A DNA stretch of 64,000 bases from Escherichia coli (GCF_024502345.1 NZ_JALDNN010000001.1), one strand, 5' to 3'. Numbered from the stretch's first letter, positions 1 through 10,116 are shown. The notes: generated by a model not told the origin, from the letters alone. Program-made: numbers and translations.

Positions 1-1
1 T

Positions 2-214
2 ATCAATCAGTTTGATGGAGATGGTATCTATGTATTTGGTTTTGATGATAAAATTTATGTCAAACGACTGCAAATGATACCTGACAAACTACTGGTGATT
101 TCTGATAACCAGATTTACCGTGAATGGGGAATTACCAGCGAAAATGAACACCGGTTTATGGTCTTTGGAAAGGTCTTAATCAGCCAGTCACAAACCCTTA
201 AGCGACACAATTAA
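2..214 (+). CDS. Lambda CI-like repressor, C-terminal S24 peptidase domain (5' part lies outside the window)
   Basis: Frame 2 is open from the window edge to TAA at 212-214. The tail ...IYVKRLQ...FMVFGKVLISQSQ resembles the lambda CI C-terminus (FKKL Lys, VVGKVIASQ). Hairpin follows. Confidence 0.55.
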   Translation: MNQFDGDGIYVFGFDDKIYVKRLQMIPDKLLVISDNQIYREWGITSENEHRFMVFGKVLISQSQTLKRHN

Positions 215-234
215 CCCTTACCTCCTCATCAATT

Positions 235-256
235 AGCCACCCAAAGGTGGCTTTTC
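235..256. terminator. Stem-loop agccacc-caaa-ggtggct followed by a short T run; putative terminator between convergent genes
   Basis: 7-bp perfect stem with 4-nt loop read directly, 20 nt after the repressor stop codon. Confidence 0.4.
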
Positions 257-649
257 ATTACCCTTTAAATTGCATATCTCGCAACAAAAACACTTGCATA
301 ATGCGCAACTTCATTTTATCTTTCTTTCCAGACAAACAAACAAGGTACTAACAAAATTTGGTTGTAACACGGCGTATGGCACATGCGTCGTTAGCGGTCT
401 GGGGACGTTAAAGGGGACAATCCACTCCTTGCTCGGGCAAACAAACCAGGTAGCCGGAATGTGCAAGTCAATGATGATGCTGATAAGACGCCTAACCAGC
501 GTGGCGATTCGGTTTGACGCCTGGGAAGAGACCAGGGTGCAACGATGAGGGCATTTATGGAGCCGCGACAAAGTGTGGTGCCGTAACTGGCTAAGTGCTC
601 TCAGCGTTGTGGTAATCCGCGAAATGGCGCGGCGGTAAGTATGGCGGGG

Positions 650-1255
650 TTACTCTTTCCCCGTTGAGGACACCGGATTGTCAGGTTGACCATACGCCTG
701 AGTGACAACAACCAGACGATTCAGGGCAGTATCATCCGCCTTTTCCGGTAACAGCCCATGCAGGTATACAAGTCCATCCCAGCGGCTGTTTTTTGGAATT
801 GGCAGCATCGGCGCTACATAGGCCTGAAAAGCCTGGCCTGTACGTTTAGCTGCCACATGAAAGAGACGGTCAAAGTTGGTAGTGACCAATCGAAGGGCAC
901 CCTCGCGGCTACGGGCTAAACGTAACAGCGCCGCCTGAGTATCAATAGCGCCCCTACGACGGAACTTTGGCTTAAGGGCTTTTTCCAACGCGCGTCGGAC
1001 GGCTATACGCTGCCCTGGTAAGCGCCGTTCCAGCAAATCTAATGTGCCGTCAAATTGCCCACGCTCGAAAACCTCACGCTCAATTTCTGAAAGTGTTGTT
1101 CCGTTCCTCTGGTAAATTAGTTCTACCAACCCTTTGAAACCAGGTAAACCAGCAGGGTAGGAAATGCCTGCTCCACAGAAGAACACAACGCGCCCTTCCT
1201 CGTGCGCCTGCAAAAGCTCATCAGGAATATCAGGGCCGTTGGTAATGAATTGCAT
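650..1255 (-). CDS. Short SIR2-like (sirtuin-family) protein, possibly truncated
   Basis: 201-aa ORF with FFCGAGIS near the N-terminus, then VTTNFD and YLHG (SIR2-type N/D/H catalytic motifs). About 100 aa shorter than a full SIR2 domain. The same frame stays open for 113 codons beyond the TAA. Confidence 0.5.
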   Translation of the reverse strand: MQFITNGPDIPDELLQAHEEGRVVFFCGAGISYPAGLPGFKGLVELIYQRNGTTLSEIEREVFERGQFDGTLDLLERRLPGQRIAVRRALEKALKPKFRRRGAIDTQAALLRLARSREGALRLVTTNFDRLFHVAAKRTGQAFQAYVAPMLPIPKNSRWDGLVYLHGLLPEKADDTALNRLVVVTQAYGQPDNPVSSTGKE

Positions 1256-1437
1256 TCCTTTTCCTCCTATCCAATGTGCACGTTCATTCGAGTAAATGAA
1301 GGCAAGGGGTTACATCTTATTATACCGACCGTGCAAATCCGGCTTCCTAGCAAGCTACTTTACTTGCCAACTCATAATGTCCGAACTCCGAACAAAGCGG
1401 ACTGCTAGATTTGATTGCGTTCTAGCTACGCAAAATA

Positions 1438-2661
1438 TCATTTCGAGCCTAAACGAGTACAAGTAACAATCGATTCAACTCTCTCCCACCATGCCTGGTA
1501 GGCTTTACGCTGTTCTTCTAGATAATCACTCTTGTCATAAACTTGCCATACACCTGGCAGTTTATGACCGAGCATTATTTCAGCAATATGAGGCGCAGTA
1601 AGATCAGAAAAGTTTGTTCGTGCTGTTCGTCTCAAATCATGAAGAGACCAATGAGGAAATTGATACCCCAAACGCCGCCATGCGTACTGCATTAAATTGT
1701 AAGGCAGCGACTGCAATGATGTCCGACCAACTGGTTCCCTGCTTCCTTCCTTAGTAAAAAGCATATCGGAACCGTTGTTCATAGAGATAACGTATTTTAT
1801 AAGCTCTTCAACCGGTTCAATAATGGGCCGCTTTAGCGGTTCGCCTGTTATATCCCCTGTCTTATGTCGTTCTGGTGGTACAGTCCATATTTTATTAATG
1901 AAATCAAAATCGTCCACCTTGGCAGTAATTAGCTCTGAACTACGGCAACCAAAATGCAGCAATAGTTTAATGAAGGCCCGGTATTTAGGAACCATTCGAG
2001 AACCATCGATCGCAGCATAAAGGATTTTAATTTCATCATGTGTCAGAAACCGTTTCTTCTGACCTTTACGGATATCCATATCTTTACCCGTGATATCCGA
2101 CAGCGGGCGAGTTTCAATGAGCTTTCTCTTATACGCCCAGACATGGGCCTGCTTTGCGTTAATTAGCAATCGGTCTGCTATTGCTGGAGTCTTAGTGCTA
2201 AGAGGCTCCAGGACTTCTAACCAATCATGCAATGTAGCTGCATCGTGAGGGATATTCCCGATTTTAGAGAACAGGTGCAGCTCAAACGAGCGGAGTATCT
2301 GTTCAGAACCTTTTTTATTTTTTACACAATATGCTTCATACCAAGCACGGATCACAGATTCTACCGTCATGGCTTCAGTAGCTTTACGTTTTTCTGCCAG
2401 CTTGACCAATCGTGGATTGCGGTTTGACTCGAGTTCACCACGAAGACGGATAACTTCTTCTCTGGCCTCTTTTAGTCCAGTTGCCGGGTAAGTTCCGATA
2501 TCAAGACGCTCACCTTTCCCCGCCCACTGATAACGATATTGGAACACTACGCGACCTTTCGGTGATACTCTAACAGACAGACCATCACGATCGGATTTAA
2601 CCAAAACCTTATCACGTTCCTTTCCAAGGACTGAACGCAACCACGCATCAGACAGCGCCAT
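1438..2661 (-). CDS. int: P4-family tyrosine integrase (site-specific recombinase)
   Basis: 407-aa ORF with N-terminal arm-binding-like region (GLSVRVSPKGRVVFQYRYQWAGKG) and C-terminal catalytic motifs (HDLRRTARTNF, HIAEIMLGH, VYD). Confidence 0.85.
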   Translation of the reverse strand: MALSDAWLRSVLGKERDKVLVKSDRDGLSVRVSPKGRVVFQYRYQWAGKGERLDIGTYPATGLKEAREEVIRLRGELESNRNPRLVKLAEKRKATEAMTVESVIRAWYEAYCVKNKKGSEQILRSFELHLFSKIGNIPHDAATLHDWLEVLEPLSTKTPAIADRLLINAKQAHVWAYKRKLIETRPLSDITGKDMDIRKGQKKRFLTHDEIKILYAAIDGSRMVPKYRAFIKLLLHFGCRSSELITAKVDDFDFINKIWTVPPERHKTGDITGEPLKRPIIEPVEELIKYVISMNNGSDMLFTKEGSREPVGRTSLQSLPYNLMQYAWRRLGYQFPHWSLHDLRRTARTNFSDLTAPHIAEIMLGHKLPGVWQVYDKSDYLEEQRKAYQAWWERVESIVTCTRLGSK

Positions 2662-2667
2662 TACTCA

Positions 2668-2735
2668 CCTTGTACAAATAACAAAAAACCTCTGCTGTTT
2701 TGTACATTATGTACAAGCACATGTACAGATTTTTG
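2668..2735. promoter_or_regulatory. Cluster of four TGTACA-like repeats just upstream of the integrase start; candidate arm-type or operator sites
   Basis: ttgtacaaat...ttgtacatta-tgtacaagc-acatgtacag read in the AT-rich region between the integrase start and yjjG. Confidence 0.3.
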
Positions 2736-3046
2736 ATGAAAGTAACCTGATCAATTTAAAGTTACATGAAAGAATTTTCAATCAAAGAAATCACATAACA
2801 TCATGTTATTAAATGAGTTATATAATTATCACTCAATTAATCGAAAGGATTTTGAAAGAGTAAAAGAGCTTTTATTTGGGCTTAATTATTGGGGTGAGAA
2901 ATAATGGCAAAAGTGCGGCGCTTCGCCACCTCTTGCAAATAAGGAGACAACGTCATAATTCTTTCTTCTTGAGTAAGCGGCATCGCGCCGCGCTTGTTGA
3001 AAACGAAAAATTGCGGCTATTTTACCCATCAACGGGGGGGAGGCAA

Positions 3047-3724
3047 TCAGTGTTTACACAGGAGCTGCTCCAGTTCGTGCAACGAAGAAACGGTCCAGGT
3101 GGGTGCGATGCCTTCTGGTTGCTCGCGATGGTGCGCATTCAGCCAGCAGGTCGCAAGCCCGGCGTTGATGCCACCGAGAATATCGGACTCGGCAGTGTCG
3201 CCAACCATCAGCACGCGTGAACGGTCAGGATTGCCCGCCTGTTCCAGCGCATAATCGAAAATTTTCTTATTCGGTTTGGCAACGCCAACTTCTTCGGAAA
3301 TCACCAGCAAATCGAAGTAATCACGCAGGCCCGTGCGTTCCAGACGCACTTGCTGCAAGGCGCTAAAGCCGTTGGTGATGATGCCGATTTTGGCGTTGCC
3401 ACAAATGGCGTTAAGCAGAGAAACCGCGCCCGGCAGCGGCGTACAGATTTCCGCCATCGCATTAATAAAGGCTTCGTTGAGTTTACCTGGCTCGACGTTC
3501 AGCCGTTCGGCCCAGCTCTCAAACCGCCCGTGCTGAAGCTGTAATGAAGTGATCGCGCCGTTTTGATAATCCACCCACAGTGGCTTGTTAACGGCCTGAT
3601 AGTCCTGAAAATCTTCAGCGGTAAAGGTGACGCTGTAATCAAGAAACATCCGCTGCAGGCCGGTGAATGAGTCAAAGGTAAACAGCGTTTCATCGGCATC
3701 AAAGAAAATCCAGTCCCACTTCAT
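3047..3724 (-). CDS. yjjG: Pyrimidine 5'-nucleotidase YjjG (HAD superfamily)
   Basis: 225-aa [21 protein letters not shown] motif I; recognised as YjjG. Confidence 0.9.
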   Translation of the reverse strand: MKWDWIFFDADETLFTFDSFTGLQRMFLDYSVTFTAEDFQDYQAVNKPLWVDYQNGAITSLQLQHGRFESWAERLNVEPGKLNEAFINAMAEICTPLPGAVSLLNAICGNAKIGIITNGFSALQQVRLERTGLRDYFDLLVISEEVGVAKPNKKIFDYALEQAGNPDRSRVLMVGDTAESDILGGINAGLATCWLNAHHREQPEGIAPTWTVSSLHELEQLLCKH

Positions 3725-3738
3725 TATTCCACCTTGTA

Positions 3739-4185
3739 TTACATACTGATTGGCAACGCCATGATGATGGCGTCTTCGCGACCGTCCGTGGTGGGGTAGT
3801 AATTGCGGCGAATCGTCGCCTCGTTAAAGCCTAAACTTTCGTACAGGGCAATGGCGGCAGCATTTGAAGCACGGACTTCCAGCCATAGTGTCGCCACGCC
3901 GCGTTTTTCCAGTTCGTCGATCAGATGTTCCAGCAGCGCCCTTCCCAATCCCTGACGCTGATAGTCAGGATCGACCGCAATATTGAACAATGTAGCTTCA
4001 TCCAGCACCACTTGCGTAATCGCAAACGCCGCCATTTTGCCGTTTTGCGTTAACTGAAAGTTGAGATAACGCTCGCCCTGGTTGCTGGCAAACGTTTTTT
4101 CACTCCACGGAAAGGCGTGGGCGCGTTGTTCAATGTGGTAAGCCGCTGGTAAATCAGTCGTTTCGAGGGAAGAAATCGTGTTCAT
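3739..4185 (-). CDS. rimI: Ribosomal protein S18 alanine N-acetyltransferase
   Basis: 148-aa GNAT-family ORF ([10 protein letters not shown] motif) in the conserved rimI position. Confidence 0.9.
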   Translation of the reverse strand: MNTISSLETTDLPAAYHIEQRAHAFPWSEKTFASNQGERYLNFQLTQNGKMAAFAITQVVLDEATLFNIAVDPDYQRQGLGRALLEHLIDELEKRGVATLWLEVRASNAAAIALYESLGFNEATIRRNYYPTTDGREDAIIMALPISM

Positions 4186-4567
4186 ATGTGCAAATTTGTT
4201 GCCATAACGCGGCGCGTGCCGTTGGGTTTGCCCGTAAATCGGTGAGCGCCGGTGATGCCACCTGAGCGCCTTCCAGTGATAGCGGTTCGTCAGTACCCAA
4301 CCGCCAGCTGTTGCAGCGACTGCCTTGCGGCAGCATCGCGATTTTTTCTGGCGTCAGTTGCAGCACTTGATCGGGGCTGACGGTTAATGCGCGCAGAACA
4401 TCGCTCACTAAAGGATCAGTCAGGGCGGGAAGATCGTTTGCCACCATCACCAGACGGACGTGTGCCGGGATCGCAATGGCAATCTCCCCCTGCAACGCGC
4501 CAGGGCGACGCAGCGACCACTGGGTAATGCCCAGTTGCTGTAACTGCCAGTCTCGTCGGGATGTCAT
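4154..4567 (-). CDS. holD: DNA polymerase III psi subunit
   Basis: 137-aa ORF overlapping the rimI start, matching the holD-rimI arrangement. Confidence 0.85.
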   Translation of the reverse strand: MTSRRDWQLQQLGITQWSLRRPGALQGEIAIAIPAHVRLVMVANDLPALTDPLVSDVLRALTVSPDQVLQLTPEKIAMLPQGSRCNSWRLGTDEPLSLEGAQVASPALTDLRANPTARAALWQQICTYEHDFFPRND

Positions 4568-4669
4568 AGCGAATCGCTCCTGTTGTCAGGGGCGCAAATA
4601 TAGCAAATTCGTCGATACCGCGCCAACATATGGCTATAATCGCCGCCAGTATCAATTGAGGAGCATTCC

Positions 4670-5701
4670 ATGTCTGCATTTACCCCGGCAAGTGAAGTCT
4701 TGCTGCGTCACAGTGATGATTTCGAACAAAGCCGTATTCTGTTTGCCGGAGACTTACAGGATGACCTGCCCGCGCGTTTAGATACCGCGGCCAGCCGTGC
4801 TCATACCCAGCAATTCCACCACTGGCAGGTGTTAAGCCGCCAGATGGGGGATAACGCCCGTTTTAGTCTGGTCGCCACGGCGGATGACGTCGCAGATTGC
4901 GATACGCTGATTTACTACTGGCCGAAGAACAAACCGGAAGCCCAGTTCCAGTTGATGAATTTACTTTCTCTGCTGCCGGTGGGGACGGATATTTTTGTCG
5001 TTGGCGAGAACCGCAGCGGCGTGCGCAGCGCCGAGCAGATGCTGGCAGATTATGCGCCGTTGAATAAAGTCGACAGCGCTCGTCGCTGTGGACTCTATTT
5101 TGGTCGTCTGGAAAAACAGCCAGTATTTGATGCGGATAAATTCTGGGGCGAATACAGCGTCGATGGCCTGACGGTCAAAACGCTGCCTGGCGTGTTTAGC
5201 CGCGACGGTCTGGATGTCGGTAGCCAGTTGCTGCTCTCGACGTTAACTCCGCACACGAAAGGTAAAGTGCTGGATGTCGGCTGTGGCGCGGGTGTGCTTT
5301 CAGTTGCCTTTGCGCGCCATTCGCCGAAAATTCGTCTCACCTTGTGCGATGTCTCTGCCCCGGCGGTAGAAGCCAGCCGCGCAACACTTGCGGCCAACGG
5401 TGTTGAAGGTGAAATCTTTGCCAGCAACGTCTTTTCCGAGGTGAAAGGTCGTTTTGATATGATCATCTCCAACCCGCCGTTCCACGATGGGATGCAAACC
5501 AGCCTGGATGCGGCGCAAACGCTGATTCGCGGCGCGGTGCGTCATCTTAATAGCGGCGGCGAGCTGCGAATTGTAGCGAACGCCTTCCTGCCTTACCCGG
5601 ACGTGCTGGATGAGACATTTGGCTTCCATGAAGTTATCGCGCAAACCGGGCGCTTCAAGGTGTATCGCGCCATTATGACCCGCCAGGCGAAGAAAGGTTA
5701 A
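4670..5701 (+). CDS. rsmC: 16S rRNA (guanine1207-N2)-methyltransferase
   Basis: 343-aa ORF with SAM-binding [11 protein letters not shown] and NPPFH motifs. Confidence 0.9.
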   Translation: MSAFTPASEVLLRHSDDFEQSRILFAGDLQDDLPARLDTAASRAHTQQFHHWQVLSRQMGDNARFSLVATADDVADCDTLIYYWPKNKPEAQFQLMNLLSLLPVGTDIFVVGENRSGVRSAEQMLADYAPLNKVDSARRCGLYFGRLEKQPVFDADKFWGEYSVDGLTVKTLPGVFSRDGLDVGSQLLLSTLTPHTKGKVLDVGCGAGVLSVAFARHSPKIRLTLCDVSAPAVEASRATLAANGVEGEIFASNVFSEVKGRFDMIISNPPFHDGMQTSLDAAQTLIRGAVRHLNSGGELRIVANAFLPYPDVLDETFGFHEVIAQTGRFKVYRAIMTRQAKKG

Positions 5702-5714
5702 TTATCTCGCCGAA

Positions 5715-5850
<136 letters not shown>

Positions 5851-5968
5851 TCCTGATGGACATTTTTCCAGCAATTACACATCAGGCGATAATTAACTAT
5901 TGACGAAAAGCTGAAAACCACTAGAATGCGCCTCCGTGGTAGCAATTCTTTTTAAGAATTGATGGTAT

Positions 5969-6055
5969 GCGAAGGTGGCGGAATTGGTAGACGCGCTAGC
6001 TTCAGGTGTTAGTGTCCTTACGGACGTGGGGGTTCAAGTCCCCCCCCTCGCACCA
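5969..6055 (+). tRNA. leuQ: tRNA-Leu (anticodon CAG)
   Basis: 87-nt sequence gcgaaggtggcggaattggtagacgcg...tcgcacca with CAG anticodon loop and long variable arm; first of three tandem copies. Confidence 0.9.
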
Positions 6056-6083
6056 AAAACCACGTTGATATTGCTCGCACTGG

Positions 6084-6170
6084 GCGAAGGTGGCGGAATT
6101 GGTAGACGCGCTAGCTTCAGGTGTTAGTGTTCTTACGGACGTGGGGGTTCAAGTCCCCCCCCTCGCACCA
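6084..6170 (+). tRNA. leuP: tRNA-Leu (anticodon CAG)
   Basis: Second tandem copy; differs from copies 1 and 3 by one base (tgttctt vs tgtcctt) in the variable region. Confidence 0.9.
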
Positions 6171-6204
6171 AACGAGGCGATATCAAAAAAAGTAAGATGA
6201 CTGT

Positions 6205-6291
6205 GCGAAGGTGGCGGAATTGGTAGACGCGCTAGCTTCAGGTGTTAGTGTCCTTACGGACGTGGGGGTTCAAGTCCCCCCCCTCGCACCA
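6205..6291 (+). tRNA. leuV: tRNA-Leu (anticodon CAG)
   Basis: Third tandem copy, identical to copy 1. Confidence 0.9.
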
Positions 6292-6329
6292 ATTATCTTT
6301 ACTTCCTTTCTTGTTTCTTCCCTGTTTTG

Positions 6330-6566
6330 TCATCCCTGATTCAAATTCATTATCATCAGCATGATGCCAGCAATAAGCGCCAGGCACGATGGTAGCAAAA
6401 TGTAATGCCGCAACTGTTTGTGATACAGCATCACCGGCGTCAATACTAATCCCATCAGAATTACAATCCGCCACTGATCCGGCGATAAATCCGCATACAT
6501 CAGCCCTGCAATCAGCAATCCCGGCAGCAACACTCCCCAGCCACTGCCCAGCGTACGTTGCAACAT
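6330..6566 (-). CDS. yjjZ: Small membrane protein YjjZ
   Basis: 78-aa hydrophobic product from the internal Met (MLQRTLGSGWGVLLPGLLIAG...) of the 115-aa track ORF, in the fhuF-leuV gap. Confidence 0.55.
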   Translation of the reverse strand: MLQRTLGSGWGVLLPGLLIAGLMYADLSPDQWRIVILMGLVLTPVMLYHKQLRHYILLPSCLALIAGIMLMIMNLNQG

Positions 6567-6706
6567 GGTTTCATCTCTTTCATTGATAATGATAACCAAT
6601 ATCATATGATAATTCTTATCATTTGCAAGCCAGAGAAATCCCTTGCTATCGGGTAAACCTATCGCTAGGATTAGCAATCATTATCATTTAGATTACTATC
6701 CCGATT

Positions 6707-7495
6707 ATGGCCTATCGTTCCGCACCGCTCTATGAAGATGTCATCTGGCGAACACATCTCCAGCCGCAGGATGCTGGGCTTGCACAAGCCGTACGGGCGA
6801 TGATCGCCAAACATCGTGAACATTTGCTCGAGTTTATCCGCCTGGATGAACCCGCTCCGCTTAACGCCATGACGCTGGCGCAATGGTCATCACCGAATGC
6901 GCTAAGTTCTCTACTGGCGGTCTATTCCGATCATATCTATCGCAACCAACCAACGATGATCCGCGAGAACAAACCGCTGATCTCACTATGGGCACAATGG
7001 TATATCGGCCTGATGGTGCCACCATTAATGCTGGCGCTACTGACGCAGGAAAAGGCATTAGATGTGTCGCCGGAACATTTCCATGCTGAGTTTCACGAAA
7101 CCGGACGCGTCGCCTGTTTCTGGGTCGATGTGTGTGAAGATAAAAACGCAACACCACATTCGCCGCAGCATCGAATGGAAACGTTAATCAGCCAGGCGCT
7201 GGTTCCGGTTGTGCAAGCACTAGAAGCGACCGGAGAGATCAACGGCAAACTTATCTGGAGTAATACCGGTTATTTGATCAACTGGTATCTCACTGAGATG
7301 AAGCAACTGCTCGGCGAGGCTACTGTTGAATCGCTGCGTCATGCCCTCTTTTTTGAGAAAACGCTCACGAACGGTGAAGATAATCCACTCTGGCGTACCG
7401 TGGTGCTACGCGACGGCCTGCTGGTGCGCCGCACTTGCTGCCAGCGTTATCGCTTACCGGATGTGCAGCAATGTGGCGATTGTACGCTGAAATGA
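6707..7495 (+). CDS. fhuF: Ferric-siderophore reductase FhuF
   Basis: 262-aa ORF ending in the 2Fe-2S Cys cluster CCQRYRLPDVQQCGDC. Confidence 0.9.
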   Translation: MAYRSAPLYEDVIWRTHLQPQDAGLAQAVRAMIAKHREHLLEFIRLDEPAPLNAMTLAQWSSPNALSSLLAVYSDHIYRNQPTMIRENKPLISLWAQWYIGLMVPPLMLALLTQEKALDVSPEHFHAEFHETGRVACFWVDVCEDKNATPHSPQHRMETLISQALVPVVQALEATGEINGKLIWSNTGYLINWYLTEMKQLLGEATVESLRHALFFEKTLTNGEDNPLWRTVVLRDGLLVRRTCCQRYRLPDVQQCGDCTLK

Positions 7496-7532
7496 AAGCA
7501 CTGCCGGGGAAGTAAACCCGGCATCATGCGGA

Positions 7533-8210
7533 TTAATAGGGATGCAACACATTACTTGTTTCGCAATGCCGCATACATAACAGAATATCTGCGGCCTCCA
7601 ACAACCCTGCGTCAGAACTGACGCCCAGTTTCGACATCACATTAAATTTATGTGCACGGATCGTTTTGATATTGCGTTTAAGCTGCTCGGCAATTTGTGT
7701 CATTGAGTAGCCACGCGACATAAAGCGCAATATTTCTCTCTCCGTCGGGCTTAACGTCCGGCTTTGGTTAATGTACCACTGATTGTTCAGTCGGTCGGTC
7801 GCCTGACGTACACCATTTAATGACAAAAAGAGTTCCTGATGAAAAATCTCCAGCGTTGACGCTTTACTTAATACACCGTCCAGCGGTGATGGCGACAATG
7901 AACCAATCAGCCGAGCTTCAATATCATCATCCGCAATAACTAAACGCCGGGTACGCGGAAACTTAATCGCCAGTTCAGTCAGGCAAGATAATCCCTCTCT
8001 GCGCTCACTTCTCATGGCAGAAAAAGAAAAAATGACCGCCGCAAACGAGATCCGCGACATGGCATCCTGAAATGACTCCTGACTGGTATAGGTATGGAGC
8101 TTATAAGGGTTGCCCGCAAACTTTCTGAATAAACTCTCAATACCGATACTACTCATGACGCATTTTTCTATGAGTGCGACATTTCTCTTCTTAATTCGGC
8201 AGTGTTCCAT
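7533..8210 (-). CDS. bglJ: LuxR-family transcriptional activator BglJ
   Basis: 225-aa ORF with C-terminal LuxR-type HTH ([25 protein letters not shown]); overlaps the yjjQ 3' end. Confidence 0.85.
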   Translation of the reverse strand: MEHCRIKKRNVALIEKCVMSSIGIESLFRKFAGNPYKLHTYTSQESFQDAMSRISFAAVIFSFSAMRSERREGLSCLTELAIKFPRTRRLVIADDDIEARLIGSLSPSPLDGVLSKASTLEIFHQELFLSLNGVRQATDRLNNQWYINQSRTLSPTEREILRFMSRGYSMTQIAEQLKRNIKTIRAHKFNVMSKLGVSSDAGLLEAADILLCMRHCETSNVLHPY

Positions 8211-8371
8211 TCTGCGGCATCTCCATAAACAGAAGGCAAGTTAAGTTCTCTTGCACCCTGCGCGCTATTTATCCATGCATACATTTCAGCGTTGCTGTGA
8301 ATTGCCAGTCGACGCATCGCACTGTTTTTTTGGGCGCTGATAGTTTTATTACTTTTCTTAAGCAATGAAGC
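8168..8371 (-). pseudogene. yjjQ: yjjQ 3' fragment (C-terminal 67 codons), separated from the 5' part by IS30
   Basis: Encodes ...[65 protein letters not shown]. Together with 9593-10116 (minus the 2-bp duplication) it restores a 726-nt, 241-aa LuxR-family gene. Confidence 0.85.
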
Positions 8372-9592
8372 TGTAGATTCAATTGGTCAACGCAACAGTT
8401 ATGTGAAAACATGGGGTTGCGGAGGTTTTTTGAATGAGACGAACATTTACAGCAGAGGAAAAAGCCTCTGTTTTTGAACTATGGAAGAACGGAACAGGCT
8501 TCAGTGAAATAGCGAATATCCTGGGTTCAAAACCCGGAACGATCTTCACTATGTTAAGGGATACTGGCGGCATAAAACCCCATGAGCGTAAGCGGGCTGT
8601 AGCTCACCTGACACTGTCTGAGCGCGAGGAGATACGAGCTGGTTTGTCAGCCAAAATGAGCATTCGTGCGATAGCTACTGCGCTGAATCGCAGTCCTTCG
8701 ACGATCTCACGTGAAGTTCAGCGTAATCGGGGCAGACGCTATTACAAAGCTGTTGATGCTAATAACCGAGCCAACAGAATGGCGAAAAGGCCAAAACCGT
8801 GCTTACTGGATCAAAATTTACCATTGCGAAAGCTTGTTCTGGAAAAGCTGGAGATGAAATGGTCTCCAGAGCAAATATCAGGATGGTTAAGGCGAACAAA
8901 ACCACGTCAAAAAACGCTGCGAATATCACCTGAGACAATTTATAAAACGCTGTACTTTCGTAGCCGTGAAGCGCTACACCACCTGAATATACAGCATCTG
9001 CGACGGTCGCATAGCCTTCGCCATGGCAGGCGTCATACCCGCAAAGGCGAAAGAGGTACGATTAACATAGTGAACGGAACACCAATTCACGAACGTTCCC
9101 GAAATATCGATAACAGACGCTCTCTGGGGCATTGGGAGGGCGATTTAGTCTCAGGTACAAAAAACTCTCATATAGCCACACTTGTAGACCGAAAATCACG
9201 TTATACGATCATCCTTAGACTCAGGGGCAAAGATTCTGTCTCAGTAAATCAGGCTCTTACCGACAAATTCCTGAGTTTACCGTCAGAACTCAGAAAATCA
9301 CTGACATGGGACAGAGGAATGGAACTGGCCAGACATCTAGAATTTACTGTCAGCACCGGCGTTAAAGTTTACTTCTGCGATCCTCAGAGTCCTTGGCAGC
9401 GGGGAACAAATGAGAACACAAATGGGCTAATTCGGCAGTACTTTCCTAAAAAGACATGTCTTGCCCAATATACTCAACATGAACTAGATCTGGTTGCTGC
9501 TCAGCTAAACAACAGACCGAGAAAGACACTGAAGTTCAAAACACCGAAAGAGATAATTGAAAGGGGTGTTGCATTGACAGATTGAATCTACA
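8372..9592 (+). mobile_element. IS30: IS30 insertion sequence (1221 bp) with 2-bp GC target-site duplication
   Basis: Left end tgtagattcaattggtcaacgcaacag, right end ...attgaatctaca (inverted repeat); flanking GC at 8370-8371 and 9593-9594; single 383-aa transposase. Confidence 0.9.
8434..9585 (+). CDS. insI: IS30-family transposase
   Basis: 383-aa ORF with N-terminal HTH and DDE region (HWEGDLV...), recognised as the IS30 transposase. Confidence 0.9.
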   Translation: MRRTFTAEEKASVFELWKNGTGFSEIANILGSKPGTIFTMLRDTGGIKPHERKRAVAHLTLSEREEIRAGLSAKMSIRAIATALNRSPSTISREVQRNRGRRYYKAVDANNRANRMAKRPKPCLLDQNLPLRKLVLEKLEMKWSPEQISGWLRRTKPRQKTLRISPETIYKTLYFRSREALHHLNIQHLRRSHSLRHGRRHTRKGERGTINIVNGTPIHERSRNIDNRRSLGHWEGDLVSGTKNSHIATLVDRKSRYTIILRLRGKDSVSVNQALTDKFLSLPSELRKSLTWDRGMELARHLEFTVSTGVKVYFCDPQSPWQRGTNENTNGLIRQYFPKKTCLAQYTQHELDLVAAQLNNRPRKTLKFKTPKEIIERGVALTD

Positions 9593-10116
9593 GCTATCTG
9601 GTTGATGCCCCATCCTTTACCTAGTAGCCGCAGTACCTTGCGCTCTGAAAGAGTGAGAATGACGGAGCGATAGCTAAAATCATGAGTTTCAGTCATTGCC
9701 GGGGAGGTCAGCATGGTGCTGATACGCTCTGCGTGCGTATTGCCGGAACGTACGGTCTTGACCAGATTCTCAATGGGTTCAACATCAGACAATAACGTCG
9801 CCGTAGGGCACATGAGTAATTCTACTGCCTGGGAATACCAGGAGCGTGACACCATGAAAACCCAGTGAATTTCCCGATATTGTGAGATTAAAGAATAATA
9901 ATGTTCACAAACAGAACGTGGATCTTCACTTTCACCGGCTAAATCAGCAATGACTAATCCGGAACGACGTAATTGTAATAAGGTAAGGTTCTCCGCAGAG
10001 GCGCTGGATATTATTTCATATTCAGGGAAGTGAGTCCTCATGACCTCTTTTAACCCTGCTTGCATAACAGGTATTTTACTGATAACAATTCCATTTTTGC
10101 AGCATCCTGGCAACAT
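9593..10116 (-). pseudogene. yjjQ: yjjQ 5' fragment (N-terminal part), interrupted by IS30
   Basis: [25 protein letters not shown]...GWGINQIA then reads into the IS30 end. Confidence 0.85.

Noticed and set aside
270-571. Track ORFs 270..548 (+) and 311..571 (-) in the gap between the repressor and SIR2-like genes
   Set aside because: No recognisable motifs and odd composition; the minus-strand one is better explained as the open continuation of the SIR2-like frame. Not called as independent genes.
2876-3254. Plus-strand ORFs of 114 and 86 aa at the yjjG 3' end and junction region
   Set aside because: Overlap yjjG on the opposite strand; low-complexity products.
5969-6291. Three near-identical 87-nt repeats with about 30-nt spacers, superficially array-like
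   Set aside because: They are the tandem tRNA-Leu(CAG) genes, not a CRISPR array; no cas genes and no CRISPR-like repeat/spacer structure anywhere in the window.
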